Position numbers and translations under genes: made by a program. Below, piece by piece: positions 1 to 10,500 of a stretch of DNA of 64,000 nt; the first letter of the stretch is position 1; each line of letters begins with the position of its first letter. The notes below the pieces were generated by a model. It was not told the DNA's origin, did not search any database, and was given only the letters and a program-made list of their open reading frames with translations. The stretch spans positions 800,001 to 864,000 of the forward strand of contig CAWFQK010000004.1 of assembly GCA_963817955.1 (NCBI GenBank), in the 5' to 3' direction. Origin of the DNA: an uncultured Gemmatimonadaceae bacterium. Lineage in GTDB: Bacteria; Gemmatimonadota; Gemmatimonadetes; Gemmatimonadales; Gemmatimonadaceae.

Positions 1-2038
1 CGACCTCGCCGCGTTCCTGCAGCCGAACGATCTCGGCCAGTTTCGCATCGGGGAGCACCTCGGAGAGCACGCGTTCGATCCCCGCCGCGCGTGCCACCGC
101 TTCTGCTGTGTGACGATGGTCTCCGGTGAGCATCACCACCTGCAGTCCCATCGCGCGCAACCGCGCAACGGCGTCGCGTGACGTGGGCTTGATCGGATCG
201 GCGACGGCAATGAGGCCGGCGAACCGACCATCGACGGCGACATACATTGGCGTCTTTCCCTCATTGGCCAGTCGCGCGGCGTCCTGAGAGAGCGTCGACA
301 GATCGATTGCATGATCCGACATCAGCGCCTCGTTGCCGACAACCACAGCCCGGCCACCGATGACACCCATGGCGCCACGTCCCGTGACCGACTGGAAATC
401 CTCCGCATCGGTGAGCGCCGCGCCCTGCTCCTTTGCGTACCGCACGATCGCTTCGGCGAGCGGATGCTCGCTCGAACGCTCCAGCGATGCGACCAGACGA
501 AGCAGGTCCGACTCAGATGCCGGTCCCCCCGGTGCCGGCAACAGGTCGGTCACCGTCGGCTTGCCCTCCGTGACGGTCCCGGTCTTGTCGAGGACCACGG
601 TGGTCAGGTCGCCCGCCCGCTGCAACGCTTCACCGCCCTTGATCAGGATGCCGAACTCGGCGCCCTTTCCCGTCGCCACCATCACCGCGGTTGGAACGGC
701 GAGTCCCATGGCGCACGGACAGGCGATGATCAGCACCGCCACTCCCGCGGCGAACGCCCGCACGACCGCTGCGCCCGGTACCCCGCCGCTTGCCTGCACC
801 GCAACGAACCACACGACGAACGTCGCGATGGCCAGCGAGATGACGACCGGCACGAAGACGGCGCTCACCCGATCGGCGAGCTTCTGGATGGGAGCGCGCG
901 AGCCCTGCGCGTCTCGCATCAGTTTCATGATCTGGGCAAGCACACTGCTGGCGCCGAGCGTCGTCGCGCGGTAGCGGAACGCGCCCGTCCCGTTGATCGT
1001 CGCGCCGATCACGCGGTCACCTGGATGCTTCTCGACGGGAAGGGACTCCCCGGTGAGCATCGACTCGTCGACCGCACTCCGCCCGGACACGACCTCGCCG
1101 TCCACCGGCAGCCGCTCGCCGGGGCGCACGATGACGATGTCGCCCGTGCGCACCTGCTCGATGGACACTTCCAGCTCATGATCCTCGCGGATCACACGGG
1201 CCGTCTTCGGCTGGAGTCGCGCCAGCGCGCGAAGCGCGGCGGACGTCTGGCGCTTGGCCCGCGCCTCGAACGCGTTGCCGGTGAGAATCAACGCGATGAT
1301 GATGACGACGGCTTCGTAATACACGTCCGGCTGCACGCCGTGGCGCAGAAAGAACGCCGGCGCGAGCGTTGCCACGACCGAGTAGACGAACGCCGAGCCC
1401 GTCCCGACCGCTATGAGCGTATTCATATCGGCTGCGTGATGCCGGAATGATGCCCAGGCACGTGTGTAGAAATGGCGTCCCGCCCACGCCACCACGCCAA
1501 GGGTGAGCCCGAGCAGCGTGTACGAGAGGACCGGTGCCGGCAGCGCGTACAGCCACGGCATCACCGAGCGCAGCGCCGGCGAGAGTGAGGTCATCGCCCA
1601 TCGCATGAAGGGATCGGCCACCGAACCGTGCGCGGCGGTCATGAGCGGCATGGAGATGATCATGGCGATCACGCCGACGACGCCGCTGGCGATGGCCTTG
1701 CGGCGCAATTCGCGGAACTCCCGCTCCTGCGCGTCGTCCCGCGCGGCCTGTTCCTCGAACGCACTGCGATCCTGCACGGGAAGCTCGGCGCCGTATCCTG
1801 TCGCGCGAATGGTCTCGACCAGTGCCTCGGGAGACACCGCGGCCGGGTCGTACGCCACCGTGGCGCTGCCCATCATCAGATTCACCGTCGCGTCGACGAC
1901 GCCCGGCGTCTTGCTCAGCGTCCGCTGTACGCGACCCTGACAGGCCGCGCAGGTCATACCCGTGACCGGAATGACGAGCTTGTCGGTGTGTTCCGGTGCC
2001 CCCGGTGCCTGTGGATGTGTGGTGTGCGTGTGCGTCAT
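1..2038 (-). CDS. copA: Copper-translocating P1B-type ATPase (3' end beyond the window)
   Basis: Manual translation from ATG 2038: [10 protein letters not shown]...[11 protein letters not shown] (HMA domain), TGES, ACPCAMG, DKTGT, SEHP. Missing from the ORF track because it has no stop in the window. Confidence 0.95.
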   Translation of the reverse strand, partial: MTHTHTTHPQAPGAPEHTDKLVIPVTGMTCAACQGRVQRTLSKTPGVVDATVNLMMGSATVAYDPAAVSPEALVETIRATGYGAELPVQDRSAFEEQAARDDAQEREFRELRRKAIASGVVGVIAMIISMPLMTAAHGSVADPFMRWAMTSLSPALRSVMPWLYALPAPVLSYTLLGLTLGVVAWAGRHFYTRAWASFRHHAADMNTLIAVGTGSAFVYSVVATLAPAFFLRHGVQPDVYYEAVVIIIALILTGNAFEARAKRQTSAALRALARLQPKTARVIREDHELEVSIEQVRTGDIVIVRPGERLPVDGEVVSGRSAVDESMLTGESLPVEKHPGDRVIGATINGTGAFRYRATTLGASSVLAQIMKLMRDAQGSRAPIQKLADRVSAVFVPVVISLAIATFVVWFVAVQASGGVPGAAVVRAFAAGVAVLIIACPCAMGLAVPTAVMVATGKGAEFGILIKGGEALQRAGDLTTVVLDKTGTVTEGKPTVTDLLPAPGGPASESDLLRLVASLERSSEHPLAEAIVRYAKEQGAALTDAEDFQSVTGRGAMGVIGGRAVVVGNEALMSDHAIDLSTLSQDAARLANEGKTPMYVAVDGRFAGLIAVADPIKPTSRDAVARLRAMGLQVVMLTGDHRHTAEAVARAAGIERVLSEVLPDAKLAEIVRLQERGEV

Positions 2039-2044
2039 ACTCGT

Positions 2045-2428
2045 TTACTCGGCGATGAGACGGCCGTGCAGCATGCTCATGCCGCACGTGAACTCGTATG
2101 TTCCGGGCTTGGGCGGCGTGAGCTCGATTATGGTTTCCTGATGCGCCGGCAGGAACCGCCGCACGCCAAAATCCGGAAAGACGATCTCTTCCGAACAGCT
2201 GGACGTTTCCTGCCGCGCGAAATGGAGCCGCACCGGGCGTCCTGCTTTCACACGGATCGTGGCGGGATCATAGCCGCCGCGGACGACTACAGTGATGTCC
2301 TGCTGACCTGGCGCGGAAGCGACCACGGCAACCGTCCGCCGGGCGAAGAAGAAGTACCAGTTCACCCACACGATCGCCGCAATACCGCCGCCAATGACCA
2401 GCCAGTTCGTGACGCTCGTGGTGCTCAT
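2045..2428 (-). CDS. Membrane-anchored cupredoxin-domain protein (CupA-like copper chaperone)
   Basis: Last 127 aa of ORF 2045..3133: N-terminal TM helix, GGYDP, SSC and YEFTCGMSMLHG; directly upstream of copA. Confidence 0.9.
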   Translation of the reverse strand: MSTTSVTNWLVIGGGIAAIVWVNWYFFFARRTVAVVASAPGQQDITVVVRGGYDPATIRVKAGRPVRLHFARQETSSCSEEIVFPDFGVRRFLPAHQETIIELTPPKPGTYEFTCGMSMLHGRLIAE

Positions 2429-2479
2429 GGTGCGTTCCCTCGTGCAATCGACATCGGAGTAGACGGAGGCGAAAAACAT

Positions 2480-2537
2480 ATACCCCATGTGGGTATGCTC
2501 CGGAAGAGAATTTACATACCCCCGACCGGTATGTCTA
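2480..2537 (-). promoter_or_regulatory. sigma70 promoter of cupredoxin-copA with two CsoR-type operators
   Basis: Minus strand TAGACA (2537-2532)-N17-TAAATT (2514-2509). Palindromes ATACCC-CATGT-GGGTAT (2480-2496) and ACATACC-N7-GGTATGT (2514-2534). Confidence 0.8.
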
Positions 2538-2689
2538 TTCCCGTCGTGCCCAGCAAGCCGAGCGGCAATTGCCGCACATCGTTGCTGCATTCGCCTACAG
2601 ACCAGCCGGCACATCGGCCCGACGTTGAAGGGTGGCCCGCCAGCCTGCGGGCGGCACCAACCGTCAGCAAGCGCTACTGGAGATTCGTT

Positions 2690-3346
2690 ATGAAGACAGA
2701 TTCGGAGCTGCATCAGGACGTGCTCGACGAACTGACGTGGGATTCGCGACTCGACGGAAGAGAAATCGGCGTTGCGGCAGCGGACGGGGTGGTGACGCTG
2801 ACAGGATGTGTGCCGAGCTATGCGGACAAGATTACCGCCGAGCGCGCCGTGGCTCGCGTCGTCGGCGTGAAGGCCGTGGCGAACGACCTGCAAGTGAAGA
2901 TTCCGAGTGCGTTCATGCACTCCGACACCGAAATCGCGCACGCGATCGTGAACGCGTTCACCTGGGACATTCAGGTCCCCCGCGACACGATCAAACCGAG
3001 CGTCGCGGATGGATGGGTGACGCTCGACGGCGAGGTCGAATGGGCGTTCCAGCGCGATGCAGCCGCGCGTGCGGTACGCTATCTCGCCGGCGTACGCGGC
3101 GTCACGAACGACATCAAGGTCATCCCGAAGCATGTATCGCCCGCGGACGTGACCCGGAGCATCAGGCAGGCCCTCGAGCGCCGCGCCGACCGCGCCGCCA
3201 ACCGCATCACGGTGGACACGACTGAGGGCGTCGTCACGCTGTCGGGATCCGTGCCGTCATACGGCGACCGGCGCGCAGCCGAAGGCGCAGCGCTGTCCGC
3301 GCCGGGAGTGAAGGAAGTTCGCGACGAGCTGGCGGTGGAGTTCTGA
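2690..3346 (+). CDS. BON-domain protein (three BON domains, OsmY-like)
   Basis: MKTDSELHQDVLDEL start; three repeats of the GVVTLxG...GVxxVxNxL pattern; GGAG upstream. Confidence 0.9.
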   Translation: MKTDSELHQDVLDELTWDSRLDGREIGVAAADGVVTLTGCVPSYADKITAERAVARVVGVKAVANDLQVKIPSAFMHSDTEIAHAIVNAFTWDIQVPRDTIKPSVADGWVTLDGEVEWAFQRDAAARAVRYLAGVRGVTNDIKVIPKHVSPADVTRSIRQALERRADRAANRITVDTTEGVVTLSGSVPSYGDRRAAEGAALSAPGVKEVRDELAVEF

Positions 3347-3373
3347 GACTGATACCGCGCAACCCGCGTTGAA

Positions 3374-3844
3374 TCAGGGCGCCGGCGGCCGCATGGTCGC
3401 CGGCGCACGGACCGCAACCACGCGGGCGCGCGCGCACGCTTCGTCGTTGGCCGAAATGGTCAGATCGACAATCACCTTGCGGGCGCCGACCTCCACCGCG
3501 TGCCCGCGTAGCACCAGTTCCGGCCCGAGTGGCGTGGGACGCAGGAAATCGAGGTGCAGCGACGCCGTGACGAAGCGCGGCGTCGGATCCTGTCCGGGCA
3601 CCTCGCCAGCAGCGGCCATTGACGCGCCCGCTGCCGTCGCCATCGCGTGACAGTCGGCGAGCGAGGCGAGCAATCCGCCGTACACGAATCCGGGAAGCGC
3701 CATGTGGTGCGGCGCAGGCAGAAATCGCGCGACACTCTCGCCATCGTGCCACTCACTCTTGACGTGCAGGCCGTGCTCGTTGAGTCGGCCGCATCCGTAG
3801 CAATACGAGAAATCGTCTGGGTAGAGATCTTGGAGAGCATGCAT
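3374..3844 (-). CDS. PaaI/hotdog-fold thioesterase
   Basis: CYGCGxxNxxGL, GFVYGGLLASLADCH, VTASLHLDFLRPTP. Confidence 0.88.
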   Translation of the reverse strand: MHALQDLYPDDFSYCYGCGRLNEHGLHVKSEWHDGESVARFLPAPHHMALPGFVYGGLLASLADCHAMATAAGASMAAAGEVPGQDPTPRFVTASLHLDFLRPTPLGPELVLRGHAVEVGARKVIVDLTISANDEACARARVVAVRAPATMRPPAP

Positions 3845-3989
3845 GCACGAACAGTATGCGCACTGAGCCGCGAATGCACCTGTCGTGCTCGGCTTGCCAA
3901 CTCGAATTCAGTGCACACCGTCTCCGCGGAACGGGAGTTGAAGTCATCATCACGGGTACTGTTCTTCTGCCGCACCGAGGAGATTCGCC

Positions 3990-4421
3990 ATGCCAAAGTC
4001 CAACCGTGATCCGAACCGCAAGAACCGCCAAACTCGTGACACTGCATCAGGCACAACGGCTCCGCGCGGCGAGCCAGACAAGAACGCGCAGCAGCGCGAG
4101 AGCGGCGAGCCCGGCGGCGGCGCGGGTCGTCGCGACGAGGTCGGCCCAACCGGCGTCTATCCGATGTCTGGCGGCATCCCAAAGGACAAGCACCTCGAGA
4201 TTCGGACACCCGCAGCCTGGGGTCAGGGAGATCGCGGCGCCGAAGGGTACAATGACGCCGGCGGCTCGGAGCTGGTCATGCGTGATGGCCAACTACTCGG
4301 CGGCACCACCGCTGGTCCGAATGGTGAGCCGACGATCGACATCCACGGCGGCGACATTCCGGCATCCGCGCCAAAGACACCGTTGAAGGCGAAAGACGAG
4401 GTTCGAGACGACGAGTGCTGA
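3990..4421 (+). CDS. Hypothetical hydrophilic Gly/Asp-rich protein
   Basis: GAGGAG RBS before ATG; fills the gap between the thioesterase and the cusA stop. Confidence 0.7.
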   Translation: MPKSNRDPNRKNRQTRDTASGTTAPRGEPDKNAQQRESGEPGGGAGRRDEVGPTGVYPMSGGIPKDKHLEIRTPAAWGQGDRGAEGYNDAGGSELVMRDGQLLGGTTAGPNGEPTIDIHGGDIPASAPKTPLKAKDEVRDDEC

Positions 4422-4431
4422 CTCGACGGGT

Positions 4432-7400
4432 TCACCCATCGGCCCGAGCCGGCGTCGCCGTGGAACCAACCCGCGGTGCAATCCCGGGCACGACAGTCGG
4501 CGCGACAGCGGAACGGGCAGCCTTGTGCACGGACTGCTCCTTCCAGAGCGAGTACACCGCGGGAATGACCACGAGCGTGAGCACCGTACTGGAGATCATC
4601 CCACCCACCATGGGTGCCGCGATGCGCTTCATCACGCTCGCGCCCGTGCTGTCGCCCCACAAGATTGGCAGCAAGCCGGCCATGATCGCGGTCACCGTCA
4701 TCATCTTCGGCCGCACGCGCTCGACCGCGCCTTCAATGACCGCCTCATACAACTGCTGAACCGTTGGCCGCTCGTCGCGTGCGAGCCGCTCTTTCCACGC
4801 GTGGTCCAGGTAGATGAGCATCACGACGCCGGTTTCCGCGGCGACTCCGGCCAGCGCAATGAACCCGATGGCGACAGCCACCGACCAGTTGTACCCCAGC
4901 CCCCAGACAAACCAGATGCCGCCGATGAGCGCGAACGGGAGCGACAGCATGACGATCAGCGCCTCGCCGACGCTCTTGAAGTTGAAGTAGAGTAATAGAA
5001 AGATGATCGCCAGCGTTGCCGGGATCACGAGCTTCATCCGCTCCTTCGCGCTCTGCATGTACTCGTACTGGCCGCTCCAGACAATGGAGTAACCCGGTGT
5101 GAGCTTCACCATCTTGTTGACCATCTGCTGTGCTTCCGCCACATAGCTGCCGATGTCGCGTCCGACGACGTCCACATACACCCACGCCGTGGGGACTGCG
5201 CCCTCGGTACGGATGACCATCGGACCGGCAACTTGCTTGATCGTCGCGAGTTGGCCGAGCGGGATCTGCGCCACTCCGCCGCCCCCCCCCGCTGCCCCAC
5301 CCGCCATCGGTGCGCCGCCCATGGCGGTGACGCTCCCCGCCGCCACGCCGGCATCGTGCTGCATGGGTACGAGCACTGACGCGAGGCGCTCGGGCGTGTC
5401 ACGCAGCTCCTGCGGATACCGCACGCGCACGCCGTAGCGCTCGCGCCCTTCCACCGTCTGCGTGATGGTCATGCCACCAATCGCGGTCGCGATCACTGCC
5501 TGGACGTCGGCCACGTTCACACCATGCCGCGCCGCAGCCGCGCGATCGATATCGATGTCGAGGTAGTAGCCGGACACAGCGCGCTCCGCGAATGCGCTCC
5601 GCGTCCCGGGCACCATCTGCACGGCCTGCTCCACCTGCTTGCCGAGTCGCTCGAGCTCACCGAGGTCGGGGCCAAATATCTTGACTCCGACTGGCGTTCG
5701 GATGCCCGTGGCCAGCATGTCGATGCGGCCTTTGATCGGCATCGTCCACGCGTTCGTCACACCGGGAATGCGCACCGCCGAGTCCATGGCGGTGATGAGG
5801 CCATCGTAGGTCACGCCCGCGCGCCATTGGTCTTTTGGCTTCAGCGAGATCGTGGTTTCGAACATGTCCAGACCCGCCGGATCCGTTGCGGTGTTGGCAC
5901 GCCCCGCCTTGCCCCATACGTGTTCCACTTCCGGAAAGCGCTTGAGAATGGAATCCTGCTGACGCAGGATTTCGCGCGCCCGAGCCACCGGGAGCCCCGG
6001 CAACGTGGTCGGCATGTAGAGAATCGTGCCTTCGTCGAGCGGCGGCATGAACTCACTCCCGATGCGCGTCCACGGGATCCACGTCAGAATCAGGGCGACC
6101 GCACCGGCGAGAATCACGGGGCCGCGATGCGCCATCACGAAGTCGATCACCGGTCGGTAGACGCGAATCATACCGCGGTTGATCGGGTTCGCGCGTTCCC
6201 GGAAGATGCGACCGCGAATGAACAGCCCCATGGTGACGGGGACGAGCGTCACCGAGAGCAGGCTGGCCGCAGCCATCGAAAACGTCTTCGTGAAAGCGAG
6301 CGGCTTGAACATTCGGCCTTCCTGCCCTTGCAGCGTGAACACCGGCAAGAAGGAAACGGTGATGATGAGGAGCGAGACGAAGAGTGCCGGACCGACTTCC
6401 TTCGCGCTCTCGATCACCACACGCCAGCGCTCGGCGGGCGTCAGGACGGACGAATCGAACGATCGCGTGAGCCTCTCACCAGCGGCCGGATGCCCCGCCT
6501 TCACTGCCACGGCGCGCTCGAGGTGCTTGTGCATGTTCTCGATCATCACGATCGCGGCATCGATCATCGCGCCGATGGCGATGGCGATGCCCCCCAGCGA
6601 CATGATGTCCGCGTTCACACCGAGCGTTCTCATCGCCAGAAAGGCCATGAGGATTCCGACCGGCAACGTGAGGATGGCCACCAACGCCGACTGGGCGTGA
6701 AAGAGAAAGATCACGCAGACGAGCGCGACGATGATCGATTCCTCGATCAACTTTCCCTTGAGCGTATCGATCGCGCGCTCGATGAGCGTACTGCGATCGT
6801 ACACGGGAGTCACCACCACGCCCGGCGGCAGCCCCTTCTGTACCTCGGCGAGCTTGGCCTTCACGGCATTGATCGTCGTCAGTGCGTTCTGGCCGAATCG
6901 CATCACGACAATGCCGCCCACGGCGTCGCCACGACCATCGAGGTCCGCCACGCCGCGGCGTATCGCGGGCCCTACACCGACGTTGCCGAGCTCGGCGACG
7001 CGGATTGGCGTACCCGCGCTCGTCGCGCCGACCACCACGTTCTCGATGTCCGCGATCGACTTGAGGTACCCGAGCCCGCGCACCATGTACTCACGCTCCG
7101 ACAGCTCCATCGTCATCGCGCCCACGTCGTTGTTCGCCGCTTGTATGGCACTCATGACGCGCGTGACGGGAATGCCATAGGCCAGCAGCTTTGCCGGGTC
7201 GATGTCGACCTGGTACTGTTTCTCGAAGCCGCCAATGCTGGAGACTTCTGAAACGCCGGGAACCGCGGTGAGTGCGTAGCGCAGATACCAATCCTGAACG
7301 CTGCGCAACTCCGCGAGATTGAGCCGCCCCGTCGTGTCTTCGAGCGCGTACTGGTACACCCAGCCGAGCCCCGTCGCATCGGGCCCGAGCGTCGGCGTCA

Positions 7401-7773
7401 CCGACGCCGGCAATTTTCCCTTGATGCCGTTCATGTACTCGAGCACGCGTGAGCGTGCCCAGTAGAGATCCGTGCCATCCGCAAAGATGACATAGACGAA
7501 CGACACACCAAAGAACGAGTACCCACGCACGGTGCGCGCGCCGGGCACCTTGAGCATTTCAGCCGCGATCGGGTACGTGACCTGATCCTCGACGATACGC
7601 GGCGCTTGCTCGTTGTAATCGGCCTGGACGATGACCTGCACGTCGGAGAGGTCGGGAAGCGCCTCCAGCGGCGTGCGCCGAACGGCAATCACGCCTCCGA
7701 CGATGGCGGCAACCGTGAACAGAATGACAAGGAGTCTGTTCGCGACCGACCATTCGATGATTCGCTTGAGCAT
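4432..7773 (-). CDS. cusA: CusA/CzcA family heavy-metal efflux RND permease
   Basis: ALPDLSDVQVIV, GPDATGLGWVYQY, AIGAMIDAAIVMIEN, GRIDMLATG, RVRPKMMT; 1113 aa. Confidence 0.95.
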   Translation of the reverse strand: MLKRIIEWSVANRLLVILFTVAAIVGGVIAVRRTPLEALPDLSDVQVIVQADYNEQAPRIVEDQVTYPIAAEMLKVPGARTVRGYSFFGVSFVYVIFADGTDLYWARSRVLEYMNGIKGKLPASVTPTLGPDATGLGWVYQYALEDTTGRLNLAELRSVQDWYLRYALTAVPGVSEVSSIGGFEKQYQVDIDPAKLLAYGIPVTRVMSAIQAANNDVGAMTMELSEREYMVRGLGYLKSIADIENVVVGATSAGTPIRVAELGNVGVGPAIRRGVADLDGRGDAVGGIVVMRFGQNALTTINAVKAKLAEVQKGLPPGVVVTPVYDRSTLIERAIDTLKGKLIEESIIVALVCVIFLFHAQSALVAILTLPVGILMAFLAMRTLGVNADIMSLGGIAIAIGAMIDAAIVMIENMHKHLERAVAVKAGHPAAGERLTRSFDSSVLTPAERWRVVIESAKEVGPALFVSLLIITVSFLPVFTLQGQEGRMFKPLAFTKTFSMAAASLLSVTLVPVTMGLFIRGRIFRERANPINRGMIRVYRPVIDFVMAHRGPVILAGAVALILTWIPWTRIGSEFMPPLDEGTILYMPTTLPGLPVARAREILRQQDSILKRFPEVEHVWGKAGRANTATDPAGLDMFETTISLKPKDQWRAGVTYDGLITAMDSAVRIPGVTNAWTMPIKGRIDMLATGIRTPVGVKIFGPDLGELERLGKQVEQAVQMVPGTRSAFAERAVSGYYLDIDIDRAAAARHGVNVADVQAVIATAIGGMTITQTVEGRERYGVRVRYPQELRDTPERLASVLVPMQHDAGVAAGSVTAMGGAPMAGGAAGGGGGVAQIPLGQLATIKQVAGPMVIRTEGAVPTAWVYVDVVGRDIGSYVAEAQQMVNKMVKLTPGYSIVWSGQYEYMQSAKERMKLVIPATLAIIFLLLYFNFKSVGEALIVMLSLPFALIGGIWFVWGLGYNWSVAVAIGFIALAGVAAETGVVMLIYLDHAWKERLARDERPTVQQLYEAVIEGAVERVRPKMMTVTAIMAGLLPILWGDSTGASVMKRIAAPMVGGMISSTVLTLVVIPAVYSLWKEQSVHKAARSAVAPTVVPGIAPRVGSTATPARADG

Positions 7774-7778
7774 CGCCG

Positions 7779-9014
7779 CTACTCCTTCTTCGTCGTGAGC
7801 GGCTTGGGCGGTGTCGTCATGTCCATGCCCGGCATGTTGCCCATGCCGCCGAGCGCCGTCCCCAGGTTCGACTCCGCGTCTACGAGGAACGTGGCCGATG
7901 AAACCACCTTCTCGCCCGCCGACAACCCGCGGACAATCTCCACGCGATCATCATTGGTTGCACCAAGGGTGACTTCGCGTGACGTGAGCTTGCCGCTCGC
8001 GTCGCGCACGAAGATGATGCTCCGTTCTCCGGTCACCAGCACAGCGGAACGAGGCACGGTGAGCACATTCGCGCGTGCCGTGCCCGCAATCCGAATCGTG
8101 GCGTACATGCCCGGCTTGAGACGGAGATCTCCATTGGGGAGCACGATTCGCACGCGCATGGTGCGTGACTGCGGATCGAGCGTGGGATAGACATACGAAA
8201 TGCGGCCCAACCGGGACTCGCCCGGAAGTGCATCGAAATCTGCGTGTACCGCCTGGCCCACGCGCACGTTGGCGATGTCCTGTTCGAACACTTCGCCATC
8301 CGCCCACACCGTGCTCAGATCCGCCACCTTGTAGAGCGCGTCGCCTGCCATGATCTTCTGTCCGGCAAGCACATTCTTCTCTACGACGTAGCCGCTCGCC
8401 GAGGCGCGCAACGTGAGCGTTTTGCGCACCTGTCCGGTACGCTCGATCTCGGCGATCTCGCCGGCTGGGATGTCCCAATACGAGAGACGCCGCCGCGCCG
8501 ACTCGAGCAGATCGGATGCATTCTGCCGCGCCGCGTCGCTCGCGCCGGCCACTTCGCCCTCGAGGCGTTTGGCGAGCAGCAGCTCTTCTTGCGCGCTGAC
8601 CAACATCGGCGAGTAGATCGTGAGCAGCGGCTGGCCGACCGATACCGGTTGGCCCGTCGCATTGACGAAGAGCTGGTCAACCCAGCCGTCGATCTTTGGC
8701 GCGATCGTCCGCACACGCGTTTCGTCGAACGTGATCTGCCCTACGGTGCGCACCTCTTTCGCGAGCGGACCCACCAGCGCCGTTGCGTACGTCACACCGA
8801 TCCGGCGTTCGTCGCCGGGTGACAGCATCACGGACCGCCCCGTATCGCCGCCGGCGACCATCGCCCCATGATCATGCCCCGCGGCGCCCGGTGCGACTGT
8901 CTTGCCACGAGTCGCCACGTAGACGCCGCCCACGGCTGCGGCGATCACCACTCCATAGATCGACACGCGCATGATGCGCACACCGGCACCCGATCCAGCG
9001 TTGTCTCCGTTCAT
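7779..9014 (-). CDS. cusB: Efflux RND periplasmic adaptor (CusB-like)
   Basis: IYSPMLVSAQEE, LKPGMYA, FLVDAESNL; His/Met-rich ends (GHDHGAM, GMGNMPGMDM). Confidence 0.92.
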   Translation of the reverse strand: MNGDNAGSGAGVRIMRVSIYGVVIAAAVGGVYVATRGKTVAPGAAGHDHGAMVAGGDTGRSVMLSPGDERRIGVTYATALVGPLAKEVRTVGQITFDETRVRTIAPKIDGWVDQLFVNATGQPVSVGQPLLTIYSPMLVSAQEELLLAKRLEGEVAGASDAARQNASDLLESARRRLSYWDIPAGEIAEIERTGQVRKTLTLRASASGYVVEKNVLAGQKIMAGDALYKVADLSTVWADGEVFEQDIANVRVGQAVHADFDALPGESRLGRISYVYPTLDPQSRTMRVRIVLPNGDLRLKPGMYATIRIAGTARANVLTVPRSAVLVTGERSIIFVRDASGKLTSREVTLGATNDDRVEIVRGLSAGEKVVSSATFLVDAESNLGTALGGMGNMPGMDMTTPPKPLTTKKE

Positions 9015-10414
9015 TCTGCACCTCGCGCCGCACGCGTGGCGGCGATCTGATTCGGGTCAAAGAGCTCACGCCCAGTCAGCATCTCCAGCTCGGCCCAGGA
9101 TTTTCCCTGGTCGGCATCGAGCGCATAGAGCTCCTGCTGATACGTGTTGGCCGCCATCTGGTCGTCGAGCAACGTCATGAAGTCCACATTGCCAACGCGA
9201 TACGCCGCGAGCGCGGAGGCGACGGTCGCCATGGCCTGCGGGAGCACCGTCGTCCGATAGAGCTGCGACAGGTTTCTCGCGCGAACGAGATTCGCGTACG
9301 CCTCACCGATCTTTCCGCGTGTGTCCGCGCGCATGCTGGCCAAGTCCGCCTGCGCCATTTGCTTCATGGCGGCGGCTTCCTCGCGCATTCGGAACTGCCG
9401 GTCACGGGCGAACACCGGGATCGATGCGCCGAACATGAGACTGCCCATGCGCTCGGTTCCCATCTGACCACCCTGCTGTGCGTACTGCGCGCCAATCTGG
9501 AGGTCGGGCCAGATCTCCTTGCGCGCCAGCGTCTCAGAGGCCTCCGCGGCGCGAACGTCGTCGAGGCCCGCGCGGATCATTGGACGATCGCCCAACGCGA
9601 ACGCTTCAAGGACTGAGCGGGCCGGCAGTGAGTCTGGAAAGCTCGGGAGCGCGGGCGAGGCGACGGCCGCATCGGATGCGCGATCGAGCAACGCATCGAG
9701 TCTCGCGACCATCGACTGCCGCATCGCCTGCATCCGCAGCGTGTCCTCGGCCATCTTCGCGATCTGCACCTGTGCGCGAAGCACGTCCGTCTGGCGTCCC
9801 TGGCCCACGCGGTACATCGATTCTGCGGTCTTCTCGATGTCCTGAAGCAGACGCAACGTCTCGCGTGCCACGCCAAGGCTCTGGTCCGTGGTATAGAGAT
9901 CGTAGAAGGCCATGGCGGTCTGACTGCGGAGGTCCCAGACCACGTCGTTGGCGCGCTCATTCGTGGCTTGGGCCTGTGCACTTGCCGCTCGGCCAGCCAT
10001 CGCGAGCTTTCCGCCGAGCGGCAGCATTTGCATGACCTGGAATTGCGTCATGCCCAGCGTCGCCATGGGCGCCAGGTTCGGCAACTCGTAGTTCATGAAT
10101 CCGAGCTGCACCTGGGGGTCCGGCGGTCGTGTAGCGCCTGGGACACGCGCCACTGCTGCCTGGGCGAGCGAACGAGCCGCCGAGACGCGTGGATTCCCGC
10201 TCTGCACTCGAGCGTAGAGATCCCCGAGTCGAACGACTGCGCGAGCGTCAGGCGGCAGTTGGGATCCGGCTGTCGCCTGCGCCAGCGCGGGCGCCTGCCA
10301 CGCGAGCGGGATGATAGTTGAAATGATCGCGAGAGTCCGCCGCACTCGCTGGAATGCGAGCGCGCGACGGCCCTGGCGTCGCCGAGAAAAACACATTGTA
10401 TTGAACGCCTCCAC
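9011..10414 (-). CDS. TolC-family outer-membrane efflux protein (CusC-like)
   Basis: OEP repeats (YRVGQGRQTDVLRAQ, YRVGNVDFMTLLD); ATGA overlap with cusB. The start may be ATG 10396. Confidence 0.9.
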   Translation of the reverse strand: MEAFNTMCFSRRRQGRRALAFQRVRRTLAIISTIIPLAWQAPALAQATAGSQLPPDARAVVRLGDLYARVQSGNPRVSAARSLAQAAVARVPGATRPPDPQVQLGFMNYELPNLAPMATLGMTQFQVMQMLPLGGKLAMAGRAASAQAQATNERANDVVWDLRSQTAMAFYDLYTTDQSLGVARETLRLLQDIEKTAESMYRVGQGRQTDVLRAQVQIAKMAEDTLRMQAMRQSMVARLDALLDRASDAAVASPALPSFPDSLPARSVLEAFALGDRPMIRAGLDDVRAAEASETLARKEIWPDLQIGAQYAQQGGQMGTERMGSLMFGASIPVFARDRQFRMREEAAAMKQMAQADLASMRADTRGKIGEAYANLVRARNLSQLYRTTVLPQAMATVASALAAYRVGNVDFMTLLDDQMAANTYQQELYALDADQGKSWAELEMLTGRELFDPNQIAATRAARGAE

Positions 10415-10500
10415 AAGAGCATCCCGCCACCAGCTTGGGACGCGACGTCACCTGCTCGCCTCGCCGCGTTCGCGGCGAAGAGCGCACTCCGAGTGGGAGG

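Noticed and set aside
311..2087. Long ORFs 311..1450, 1176..2087 and the N-terminal part of 1628..3346
   Set aside because: Antisense or off-frame shadows of copA and the cupredoxin gene in GC-rich DNA; the same applies to most Arg/Ala-rich ORFs in the track.
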